In this document: positions 1-11,010 of the stretch, in pieces
Layout of the letters: every line of letters begins with the position of its first letter
Numbering within the stretch: the stretch's first letter is position 1
Program-made: the position numbers and the translations under genes
Notes under the pieces: generated by a model
What the model saw: the letters and a program-made list of their open reading frames with translations, nothing else
Told to the model about the DNA's origin: nothing
The model's database searches: none
Source: Dudresnaya verticillata
Taxonomy: Eukaryota
Direction: 5' to 3'
Assembly: GCA_977862235.1 (NCBI GenBank)
Contig: OZ374557.1
Coordinates: forward strand, 930,001 to 994,000
DNA: 64,000 bases

Positions 1-2462
1 TGGCAATATGCAACGTATATCGTCGCTTTGTACCCAACTTCGCTCGGATTTCAGAGCCGCTGAACAAAAAAACCGGCAAGGGCTCACCCTTTGAGTTTGG
101 TATTTTATCCGATACGGAATATGAGCCCTTCGAAGACTTGAAGAGGCGCCTAATATCTCCACCGCTATTGGCTCTAGCCCGTCATGGATATAAATATACG
201 TTGGACACGGACGCATGTGACCACCAAGTCGGCTCTGTCCTTTTTCAGGAACAACCGAATGGGCATCATCTCCCTGTTGGATACTGGAGCCGAAGCCTCA
301 CCGATGCGGAGAAACATTATACTACAACCGAAAAGGAATGTCTAGCCGTAGTCTGGAGCATGTTGACGCTCCGACCATACCTTTACAGTGATACGTTTAT
401 TCTCCGAACGGATCACGATGGCCTGCGATAGATTCTGAACCTTGCAGACGCGTCTGGCCGCCTGGCAAGGTGGAAACTCCGCCTATCGGAATTTGAATTT
501 GATGTACAATACCGTCCACGGATTAAGCATCACCTCGCCGATGGGATGTCGCGACTTCGAACGGATGGTGGTGACGATAGACGTTAAGGCGGAGAGATCC
601 CTTGCTCTGTCGCCGAAAATACCGTCGACGGATTATGTGAGTATGGAGTTTATTTAACCGATTGGACCACATCACAAGAAAAGACCACCGAAAATGACGT
701 AATATGCGCCGTGGAGCCCGCCAGCGGAAGTGCATCCGCCTCCCCTGACAATCCCGACGCAATACCGTCACGGTTTACTGTAATCAAAGAATCCGACGTT
801 AAGGATGAGACAATTACCACGGAGGAAATCCTCGAAGCGCAAGCCCGAGACCCTTTCTGTCGCCTCAAAGCCGATACGGTAGGCTCCCCGGGTCGCAATT
901 TCACTATGCCCGTAACGGATTCTTGATAAGGAAGTCCTAATTCGATGATGATCTGCAGAAGGTGGTGCCAAGCGAACTCGTGAACGGGTATTGTATTTAT
1001 CCCAGTACACCCTGATGTCGGGACACCCAGGCGGAATTAGGATGTACTATACACTCCGACAGGATTATTACTGGCCTCATATGGCCAATTATGTCTTTGA
1101 ATCCGTTCGTACATGTCGCTCCTGCGTCAAGACGAAGGGAACCCGCTTTAGGAATCAAAAGTTTATGAAACGTTCCCCCGCTAGCGGACCCTTGGCGTTT
1201 GTCGCTATAGACATCCTCGGGCCACTTCCGAAGACAAAACGGGGTTATGTCTACGTTTTGGTAATAACCAATCGGTTCCCTAAGCTTACCCGCTGCATTC
1301 CGTCACGGAAAACAACAGCCGTTATGGTGGCTAATGCCTTTCTGGACTTTTGGGTGTACGCGAATGGTGCACCCTAATTTGTCCTAACCGATAACGGACC
1401 GCAGTTTACTGCTAAGTTCATTGATGCGGTGTGTTCCTTACTCGGAGTCAGACATTTACCCACCGCTGCCTACCATCCGATTACAAATGGGCAATCTGAG
1501 CGATTCAATAAGACAATCGCCCAGCGTTTGCGCCATTACGTTGAGGATCATCACTCCGATTGGGAGTTGTACCTGCAACCGTTGACTTATGGGCACAACA
1601 TGCAGATACACCGTATTACGGAAACGACACCATTTGATTTGGTGCTGACACGGCACTCCTCGAACATTTTTGTACGAGAGGCTCCTGTCGAGCATCAAGA
1701 AACCGTTACGGAAGGTCGTATGACCCCGGTATTACAGAAGCGGAGTACCATGCGCCATTTACGGTATGCGCTCCAGAAGGCGCGCACGAAGCAGGCAGCT
1801 GCTCAACAAAAGGCCAAGGTACTGTTTGACCGTAAGGTGCGGTTTAGGCCCATAATCCCTAGTGGAGATCAAGTGCATGTCGACCGGCCGCCCCATAACT
1901 TGCGCCCTGCAGAACGCCGTGAATGGGACCGCTTGGAAGGCAAACCGGATGACGTGGGCGAGGTGGCTCAGGAAATGAAGAAACTCTTTCCGAGAGCCAC
2001 GGGGCACGATGATCTGGAATCCGCAACAAAACATGTTGTTACGATTCCCAATAATGGGGTATTAATCCCCGTCAGTATCGATCGTATTACAAAAGTTCCC
2101 GGCGTTGCTGTTCAGCCGGCACCTGTAGCGGTGCCGCTTGTCACACCATCAACTGTATACGGAGAGGTAGCACCACATCCAGGAGGTGGCACAGTAGTAC
2201 CTCCTTCAGAAGGTACTACACCCTTCGCGACGGAACTACTGCAAGCCGATACGGAATATGTGATCGACAAGACTGTCGGTCGCCGCGACGAACCTACTGG
2301 GATGACGTAGAAAGTCTGTTGGTACGGTTACCCTCCGGAGCAGTATACCTTAAAGCCTGCCGAAGAACTACCCCAGAACGTTATATGCCGCTATTGGAAA
2401 CAAAATTGTAAGAGCTCCGCTAGGGAAAAGACACGGAAACGTACCTCGAAATCACGCCTCTA
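1..2462 (+). pseudogene. pol: Degenerate Ty3/Gypsy (chromovirus) pol, 3' part: RT connection, RNase H, integrase, chromodomain
   Basis: RNase H motifs LDTDACDHQVG, YTTTEKECLAVVW and RTDHDGL; integrase zinc finger GHPG..YYWP..CRSC and core DILGPLP, TDNGPQF, YHPITNGQSERFN; chromodomain TEYVIDKTVG..KVCWYGYP near 2250-2400. Several stops and frameshifts. Truncated by the window start. Confidence 0.93.
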
Positions 2463-3211
2463 ACGTTTACGTCTTGCTGCTCGAAAACAAATGACAAGGT
2501 CTCCACCAAGGGAAACACACGGCGGCGCACTACTACAGCACGCCGCTCACCGTTACCGATCCCAACTCCCATAGGGAGTAGGAGTTGAAGCTTCAGTTCC
2601 TAGGAAGAGGGAGATGCCCTATGCACCGTTACGACATTCAACTTCAAGAGTTGCGACGGCGGCGTTTCGGGGTTGGGCGATTTGCGTTTCTTTTTGTCAC
2701 CGCTCACCCTTTATAGACGCCCAACCCGATGCCGAAATTCTTTTTGAATGTGCCGCCATCTGCCGGATATATAATGCGCCCTACTTGCGCCCCAGTATAC
2801 CGTTTCGAGGTGCGTTGTGGCTGATACAAAAAGGATGCTCAATCCGTCGCGGACAATACGCGCCGGCTGCCGTGCGTCCTGCTGGACACAGAATGCAGTT
2901 CCCGAAACGGTAAGCGGCAACGCAGTTTTCCTACGCCCCAAACCCGGGACCCTTTACGGCTCTTCATCCGTCACGGAGAGCCCTCAGGGCCAGTACCCAG
3001 CTACCGCAACGTTGTTCGTCGACGCCGTTTTACTTCCGATGGACGACGGCCTCCGCACGTTTGGACGAAGAACGGACCCTTCCGCGACGGTACAGAAACA
3101 TTCCTCGGTCTCATTATTCTTCTCAGAGTCCCGGGGTATATATTACTATGGATGTTAACATTATTCTTTTATCTAATTTTCAATATATTATTATGTTGAA
3201 AACAAGGGAAG

Positions 3212-3238
3212 ACATCGCGGAGCGGCGCGCCGCGATGT
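3212..3238 (-). other. Helitron 3' subterminal hairpin
   Basis: acatcgcgg (3212-3220) and ccgcgatgt (3230-3238) form a perfect 9-bp stem a few nt inside the CTTG end. Confidence 0.8.
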
Positions 3239-3301
3239 GTCCCCGGAGCCCTTTAAAGTTTCGCAAAGTAGTTCTCTGTGTGCAGATGCTACTGATGTGA
3301 A

Positions 3302-3500
3302 CATTTGACAGGGTGTCTGGAGGTGGCAGTTTGTCATTTTGACAGGGTGCCTGGCCACAACTTGCCAGCTTGTCATTTTGACAGGCTGCCTAGACGTACC
3401 ATTTTGTCATTTTGACATGTTGCCTCAGTGTGCTTGTCCCGCATTTAGACAGTTTGTTTTACCTCGGTGTTCCACTCTCCTATTTAGACAGGGTGTTTGT
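3302..3500. repeat. Helitron subterminal ~35-40-bp degenerate repeats with palindromic core TGTCA-TTT-TGACA
   Basis: tgtcattttgaca at 3332, 3371 and 3405; partial units (tttgacagggtg, tttagacag) on either side. Confidence 0.75.
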
Positions 3501-3668
3501 GTACCAGGCTGTCACGGCAGGGCATGTAAGGTGTCAAGACGATTTAATGCAAGAAAAAGAAGAAAGAGAACATATTTCGACGTTCTGTAAGAGAACGTCA
3601 AAGATACACTATTATATGAAAGGAATTATCGACGCCTTTAAGAGGCTGTGATTTTCTAAGTAGTAGAA

Positions 3669-5477
3669 TCATCCATCATGTCTGACTTCAACAAAGTCAA
3701 CAGCCTCTGGGAGAAACGGGTTGCTGACGGCAACAGGCATATTATGGAATGGATGCTCGGGGTCGGATGTACGATCTTCCTCCTTATGTAGTAGAAGAAT
3801 ATCGCCAGACGTCTTTGCTCGGGAGAGGGCAACGTATAGCTGCCCTGGAGAGAAAAAGTTGGAACGCAGGTCGACGATTATTCTGCTTAAGGTCTGTCCT
3901 TGTGCCTTATGCACCGTAGCGCTGAACGCCAGACGGATAGGGAACTGTCTTCTCGTGACGCGAACTCCGTGAACTTCAAACTGAAAGTCTATGCGATGCA
4001 ACGCGAAGTATTCCAGCTTGCTTCCAGATTGACCAATCTTCGCAACGTAAACCATTCTGCGTGTATAGCGTTTGACGACAAATATTGCTCCATTGACAAT
4101 GTGAGGGTGAAGAACGTTTCTGATAACCATGGTTGGAACACCGAGTTTAAGTTGTAGATCATGCGGCGGAACCCCTGTCGGCATATACCGGTACGTCATT
4201 TCTGCCAAAATATTGTTGCTGATAGGGTTGGAACTGCTGCCGCTGCGTCGGACCGGAACAATGCTGGTTTCTGACTTGAGTAAGAACATTGATCCCGGGA
4301 ATCGTTTCAAGCATTCCTCATTGTGCTCATCGACGAGCGCGTTAGTGGGACAAACAATCATGCGGTTCGGTTCGACATCCCTCGGATTTCCGGTTCTAGC
4401 CAACTTCCAAAGACCTTCGTACGCTGCTGTCATATCGCCGGTGGATGAAATAAGAAGCGGTCGTGTGGCTGGGAACCTTCCAGTCGCGATAGACATTAAC
4501 ATTCTACTGAATCTCTGGTCTTCTGCCTGACGGACCTGCTGAGTAATGCGGAGGACATTCACACGGGGCCAAAGGGAGGAAGCCCACGGAAGTTCGTCCA
4601 AAAGTGATACGTTAACGTAGCGTGTAGTCCCCTGTTCATCTTCCTCCAGTCTCCTTGACGGTGCTACGGGGAGAAGCTGAAGATAGTCTCCCGCAAACAC
4701 TATACTCAAGCACCCAAATAGCGGCTTGTCTTGTGAAGAATCCGAGCTACTGCTGGTACCCCACCACCGATCCTTGAATGTCCCGGTCTCACTCTAAGGT
4801 CCTTCAGAATTGCGTCAACGTGTTCAAATAGAACGCGTTGCATCATTGAGGCCTCATCAACAATGAGAAGTGCCATGTTTCGAAGCATCTATGCTCTTTG
4901 CGAACGTGGCCCATACTTTGAAAGCTTCGCATATCGCTCAGAACTGTCTTTGTAATCTACTCCAAGACCAAGTAAGCTGTGGAGTGTGCACCCCCCCTGA
5001 GTACAGTGATGCTTCAATTCCTGTAGTCGCAATAATCTTCACGTGCATTCCCTTGACCTGTGCCATGTCGCGTAGTAGAGAAAGAAGATAAGTCTTCCCT
5101 TTTCCAGCGTATCCTTGTAAGAAGAATACTTTTCCATCTGTCCCTAGTGTGTCTTGCTGACGTCGTTCCATTACGTTCGTCATGAGCCTGTCAAACACAC
5201 GCTTCTGTTGCGAGTTTAAAGTACGGTACTTATCCTCCAGGCGTGTTTGTGTACTCCTAGATAAAGAAGCTCGATTGATCTCGTTCTGTACCCTTTCAGT
5301 CTCCGTGGATCGTTCCTGAGAACTGACGAAAGAACCGGATGAGCCTTGATGCCTTAGTAGACGCCCGCCATGACGGTGTAATATCTCAATGAGTCTGCGG
5401 AGAAGCTCGGCCTTGTTGCTAGCAGTAGAGCCCAGGTTAATATCGGATATCAAATAGTCCATGTGCCTCTCTAACAT
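3669..5477 (-). pseudogene. Helitron Pif1-family SF1 helicase domain (frameshifted)
   Basis: Walker A QGYAGKGKTYL, ATTGIEASL, LLIVDEASM, FAGDYLQLLPV, QFPIRLAFSATVHKAQGQTL and FSPGQLYVALSR. Confidence 0.95.
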
Positions 5478-8380
5478 TCAATTTGGATGCCCTCCCTTGT
5501 GGTAAAGCGTCACTATCATGAAGCGCAGGCTTCCAGGAGTTGAATGCATTCGCACTGTTTCATCGAAGGACTGGTCATACTCATTTCCATCGGCATAGAG
5601 ACCCATAGCCACTGCTGTATCACGGAACGATTTGTATCGAGTCCCTTCGAATTCTTTGCCATCTACGAAGGAGGAGAGAGCCCTGTGCATGATGATCACT
5701 CGGAGTGCAAAAAGCTCGACATTGGCTGGTGAAACGAAGCGGATGCGTGCTACAGTGTCTTCATCGGACCCTCTGCTTACCACATATTGACTGGGACGCC
5801 CATTGTCGCGTGGAATGTCACCACTCCGAGACTGAAGGCTTCGTGGGACTGTCTTATCGAACTTAAACTCTTCCATGTAGTCGAGAAAGGGTTTGGACCT
5901 GTACCGTGTTGGACGCTTGAAGTAGCGCAGTAACGGTGAGTCTGACAATTGACGAGGAAGCTTCGGGTTACGGATGACAATGTTTCGTTCTCCTTGTAAG
6001 TGTATCTGATATGCAGAAACAGTAGGCTTCATCTTGACGTGCCTGAACGCAAGTAGAGACCAGGCCGCCTCTACTGCACCCCTCACTCTCGCGCGCATGT
6101 GGAGTCGAATTTCATTGCGGATATTGTCCCTTGCGGGGTTTCTCTGTGTCTCGTCCCTGCCCTCTTCTGATCCGGTTCTTATGCTTACGTCGTGCACGTT
6201 AGGTGGCTTGAATTTATACTTCATGAGGTATGCGACCGCTCCGCCGCCTTGTGTGCGTTCTACGTTGATGTGACAACGGTACCTTCGTGTTAAGTTAGCA
6301 TTGTAAGGTACAACTCGGAGATCTTCCGCTTTCCTCCGCCGATACACAACGCGATTTCATGTCTCATCAATGTATGTGGAGGGAGTCACGATAGTTTGAT
6401 GGTACCCGAAGCGGCATCTTCTGTCCCGTGTACGGCCCCTACAGTACGGGGAGTGCCGATGCATGTTCAACTTCTTGACTAAAGCTCGGAGTTCCGGATC
6501 ATCTTCCTCAGTCGGCAATTTTGCACTGATCATGGCGTCCACTTCATCCAAATCCTCTAGTAGTCCTCCCTCCAAGAATACCAACATTTGATTGTGCGGC
6601 GTGTTCCTTTCTTGGACCTCCAGCTTTGAAGCAATACAGACACAACGTCTACCGAAGTACACTTGTGAGTTCTCTTATATCTCCCTCATGACATCGTGTG
6701 CCAATTGATTGTAAACTCTTGCAGTGAGATCTGGGCGGTCGAAGACGCGGGGCTTGCTTCTATGAGGCTGGAAGGTACTGCAGTGTTGAATGTCAAGGTC
6801 TAGCCGGCCCATCTCTTCCCTCCATGGGTTCCTCGTACAGTCACGAGAAGAGAAGGGATGTGCCTTCGTGAAACGATTGTCTGCACGTCTAGTAACTTCC
6901 CCCGCCAGTATGAGGGATAGTTGATGTGTTTATCAGAAAAGGAAGAGCCGGCCAGCACGGTATGTCTCATCATCATCCATCACAACTTCTTGTAGTTCTC
7001 TCTCCTTGACGATTCTTGCCGTTTGCTCACGTTCGAGGAATCTAAGAGGCTGATCCTCAATGTTCGTAACGGTTCGAAGTAGCCAGACTGGGAAAAGTGT
7101 CCCGCTGTCCTGGAGGATATTGCCTGAGTATAGTCGCCGCTTGAAGTGGGTTGCCCACGTCAGCTTATGCACCTTCTTCTGGTTTGCCTCTGCTTCAGAG
7201 TCAGTATCATAGTTATCCCCTCGTGCTTGTAAGAAAAGTGCTACATAGAACGGGAAATGCTCATCACCACACGGGTATAGAAGCGGAAACGCCCCCACCT
7301 CTGCTAACTTCGATGCTGCATTCAACGTACGGTACTTAACAACACGTCTTTCACTGTCCGGTGCGCGACCTGTGGTATTGTCTCGATGCATATCAGTGCT
7401 TCCGACTATCTGCACCATTGGCTGCTCGCTCAGATAGAGCCCAGAAGGATCTACAGTGTAGCTGTGTAGATGCCTTGGTACTCCAGTTTAATCTTGTGGA
7501 AGCGGTCACTCTCCTCCTACGCCTTCTACGTCCTCAACCTGCCCCCCCGGTAGTTTTGTACTACCACACCGTCATTTGCAACTTGTTCATTCACTTCTAC
7601 TGTATGATCAGTGATCGCAGGGTCATTTGAAGAGCTGCAGGCAGCAGCACGCGAAGACTGAGAAACCAAGGAGCGGTAAGTCTCCCTTAGTAGACGCGGT
7701 GGAGGTTTCAGACGATCATACAGAATAGGGACGAGTCGGCGAACATTTGCGTTATTAACAGCATCCCGTATCAGCTGACCGCGTTCCCTCAAACGTGGTA
7801 CCTAGTCCAACCAGAGAAAGGTGAATCTTGCATCACGCGTTGGTACAGCTATAGCTGCGTTACCGCACAACTTCATGAAAGAAGGCTCACCGGCAGGCAT
7901 GACCTTGAGGTCCATGAAGGATAGACAGGTAGCGAAGAGAGCGTTAAGCTGTACGGAAATAGTACGGAAAGCTCGGAGCTTGTATACACCTGCCAGCTGA
8001 TTGGACTGCTGTCTCCTTTGGAACGATACGCCCCATCCAGAAGGACTCTTCTTTACGCAACAAACACCATCAAATTCCTTTCCAAGGACCAAACTTCCGC
8101 AGTACTTGCAGGTGCTTATAAAGAGCGTCCATACTTCTAGAGAACAGCGTCGGGCAGTATGGCTTCGGTCTCCACAGTCAGAACATCTTCACCTCGTGTT
8201 TCGAGAAGTATTGAACTCCTCAGGAATGCTTCCGGATGCCTTAGCATCCTCTAAACGTTCATCAAAGGAATAGTAGACAGAATAAAGTCCGTTTCCAACC
8301 TTTCCTACTTCAGACATACGAGTCGCATCTACTCTCCGCGAAACCGGCTCTTCAATTTTGTTCTCATACACGTCGGTCAC
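5478..8380 (-). pseudogene. Helitron Rep (HUH endonuclease) and N-terminal Cys-rich region, fragmented
   Basis: CKYCG..E..CC zinc motif, FPLLYPCG, DRPDLTARVY, EVQERNTPHNQML (HUH position degenerate), YRRR, VVPYN..CHINVE, YLMKY catalytic tyrosines, VEAAW. In-frame TGA at the junction with the helicase part. Confidence 0.9.
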
Positions 8381-8631
8381 CGGACCATTTGTAACGTGAT
8401 CGCCTTCCTATAAGAGCGTTCCTTGATCCGGTTCAGGCACCTGAGTCCGTCGTGGCCTCCCACTGCCCGCACGAGATCCTCCAGTGTTTACCCGAGCACC
8501 TCCAGAATTCGCACGTGCACCATTGGCGTTGCTGTGAGCCCCTCCAGAGTTCGCTCGACTTCCTCCAGCATTAATTCGAGCGCCTCCCGCGTTTTACCTT
8601 ACTCCGCCCGCATTCTGGCGCGTTTTCACTT

Positions 8632-8892
8632 ACCCCGCCCGCATTTGGACGCGCACCGCCCGCATTCGAACGCGCACCGCCCGCATTTTGACGCGCACCA
8701 CCCGAATTCTGACTAGCCCCCCCGAATTCGCACGCGCTCCTCCGGCGTTATCGCGTTGACCACCAGAATTGCGCCTTGAGCCACCTGCATTCGACCTCGC
8801 ACCACCTGAATTACGCCTGGCACCACCTGAATTCGCCCGTGCCCCGCCAGAATTTTCCCGCGGCCCACCCGAGTTAGGTCGGGGACCCCCGC
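8632..8892 (-). repeat. 21-bp coding minisatellite encoding GG(A/P)RxN(S/A) heptapeptide repeats, probably the RepHel N-terminus
   Basis: ORF 8630-8968: GGPRPNS GGPRENS GGARANS GGARRNS GGARSNA GGSRRNS GGQRDNA GGARANS. The repeat continues in another frame after a frameshift. Confidence 0.8.
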
Positions 8893-9628
8893 GTACCATT
8901 TCCGTTCCCACTTGACGTTGACTTTCTGCCTTCTCGCTTCGCTCTCGCCCGCACGTGCGCGCAGACAACTTAAGCGGCTAAGACTCAAGCCAAGGTTTGA
9001 CAGTTACACGTATTTGTTGTTCGCACCGGTAGCAGCCAGCAACTCGTGAGCTGCAAGCAAGCTTGCAACTTCAGGAGTTCTGCTAGGGGAGCGGGGACGA
9101 ATAGCTTGGTTAGGTGGGCCACACCGCTCACCAAGCCTAAACCCCTGCGAGACACGGACGCGACTATCGAAAAACGCCGACCCCGTTGTGAGTCCACCCT
9201 AGATGCGGGCTGACCAGCAGGTGGACGCTCGCGGTAGCTCTGGCTGGCCAAGGCCTCCAAATCACCGAATTGCTCAACTCCCACTGCCTGTTCACTCGCG
9301 TACTGTTCTGCCAGGCTGCCTCACGATGGCGACTTCACGTTTCACTCGAAGTTAGTCCTGAGAGCGGTCCCGCGCCGTCCTCAACAGCCTGACGTCGCAC
9401 GCTTCGCTTCGCGGTGGGGGGGGCGAGGTACTGATCAACGCAGGGTGGCACCGTTTATATGCGCGCGGCAGCGCAGAAACAGCAGGATGCAACAGCACCA
9501 CTCCGTGCACCTCTGCCTGTGGAGCACCCACTGGGCCACTGCGTCGGAGATCATGCGCCCCAAAAATTACGTACTGCATGCCATTACGTACTGTATGCCA
9601 CACATATCTATAATATCACACGCGCCTT

Positions 9629-9705
9629 CCAAATCGCCAAGCGCACAGCCAATGCCAAATCGCCAAGCGCACAGCCAATGCCAAATCGCCAAGCGCACAG
9701 CCAAT
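9629..9705 (+). repeat. Three perfect tandem copies of a 26-bp unit containing CCAAT
   Basis: ccaaatcgccaagcgcacagccaat(g) x3 in the Helitron upstream region. Confidence 0.9.
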
Positions 9706-10553
9706 AACAGAGCTTGTGCGCCACGTACTGTATGCCCGCGGCTCTACAAGCAGCTGTCAGCACGCATGCGCCCAGCCAATCATAGCTGAGCTTTGCTGCT
9801 GCTGCTGCTGATTTTTTCATTGGCGGCGCGGTACTGTATTTTAGATATAATTGGGGGGCGTAGAAACTATTTGTAGCGCGAAATGGCAGCATTGGCCCAG
9901 CGATGTAGAATTTTGTTTAATTTTGAAACCCTACCCTGCCTAATACTACCCTTTGGGCGGTCATACCCATACAACTTCTTACTATAAGGTAAACAAGGGC
10001 AACGACGCGGCACTGCGCGCCGCTCTGCGCCGCACAGCCGCGCCTTCGGCGCGGCTGGCTCCTGCATGCCCTGTGGCAGGATGGGATACTGCGGGATACC
10101 GGGATAGGTCTCGGTCACTTGATAGGGACAGGTGTCTGGGAATTTGTTTGTAATGATATTTGTTTCCAAGCCGTGAGACAGGTGCGGTTTAATCACATAA
10201 ATTAAGAATGGAGGCGCACGGCGTGACTGTAAGATCCAACCCTTGAAACGCGGCGCCTCTGTAAATTTACTGTCAGAAAATCCGAGCGCACCAATGAGAG
10301 GGCGCGTGCGCGCGTTGATTTGGTACCGCGGGAAAATGCAGCCAATCGGGTGGCGCAGCTTGGCGGTCAGCCAATGGGGTTGCAGCTTTGCTGTTGTTGC
10401 TGCTGATGCTGCTGATGCTGCTGCTGCCGCTGCCGAATGTTTCTATTGGGCATAAAAGGGTGATCTAGTCATATTTTTTGGCGTGCGTAGAAATAGGTTT
10501 GGCGGCAAGGGATGGTAATGGCGGGCGGATGTTAATTTCTTGTAATGTTTTAC

Positions 10554-10584
10554 GTGTACGAAGCCCTCGAGGGGCCTCGTACAC
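10554..10584. other. 31-bp near-perfect palindrome at the Helitron 5' subterminus
   Basis: gtgtacgaagccctcgaggggcctcgtacac; an identical copy lies at 33827-33857. Confidence 0.85.
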
Positions 10585-10626
10585 TGACTAATCATTACTA
10601 TGGGGAGAATGATGTCTGGTAAGTAC

Positions 10627-11010
10627 TGTAATGCCGGCCAATGAGCATGCCGAGCATGTCCGCAACGATGATCGGGGACCAGAAGGGCCAGATCCACCTA
10701 ATGTACCAGACCTATCCCGGTCTGGCCCACACGGACCGGACATATCTCAAACTATAGTAATTAATGTGCGGCCAGCGCGGACCCTGTGGTAATCGGGCGA
10801 GCAACCCTGGGCACAGTACTTTAATCTAGGCTTTACCCTGGTACTAATTCACGGTTTCCCATGCTAGCCCCATGTACGGATTCCTCTTACCTCCGTCTCG
10901 GTGTAGCTTTCGTGGCACTGTACCGTCCCCTTGTCCGTTGCTTCCCTTTACTCGTTAGAGGTGTAGCCGCTCACGGTACTCCTTTCGGTCGACGAACTGC
11001 GCTCTATCAC
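10627..11010 (-). repeat. LTR-like segment (probable 3' LTR of the minus-strand Gypsy remnant)
   Basis: Edge TGTA at 10627. The reverse complement aligns with 24560-24942 (e.g. gtccggtccgtgtgggccagacc, agggttgct-gcccg, gtgagcggcta). Confidence 0.6.

Larger units (their letters stand above)
3203..10609 (-). mobile_element. Autonomous-type Helitron (decayed)
   Basis: Encodes Rep and Pif1 helicase. On the minus strand the 5' end reads A|TTCTCCCCATAG (10609) and the 3' end reads CTTG|T (3203), preceded by a GC-rich hairpin. The same 5' terminus and the same CTTG|T end occur on the copy at 32760-33882. Confidence 0.88.

Noticed and set aside
5475..5480. Rep and helicase as two separate genes (Helitron2-like)
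   Set aside because: The two parts share a frame with a single TGA between them in an element with many other lesions; a nonsense mutation is the simpler explanation.
9629..9705. CRISPR-like array
   Set aside because: Head-to-tail repeats with no spacers, no cas genes, eukaryotic context.
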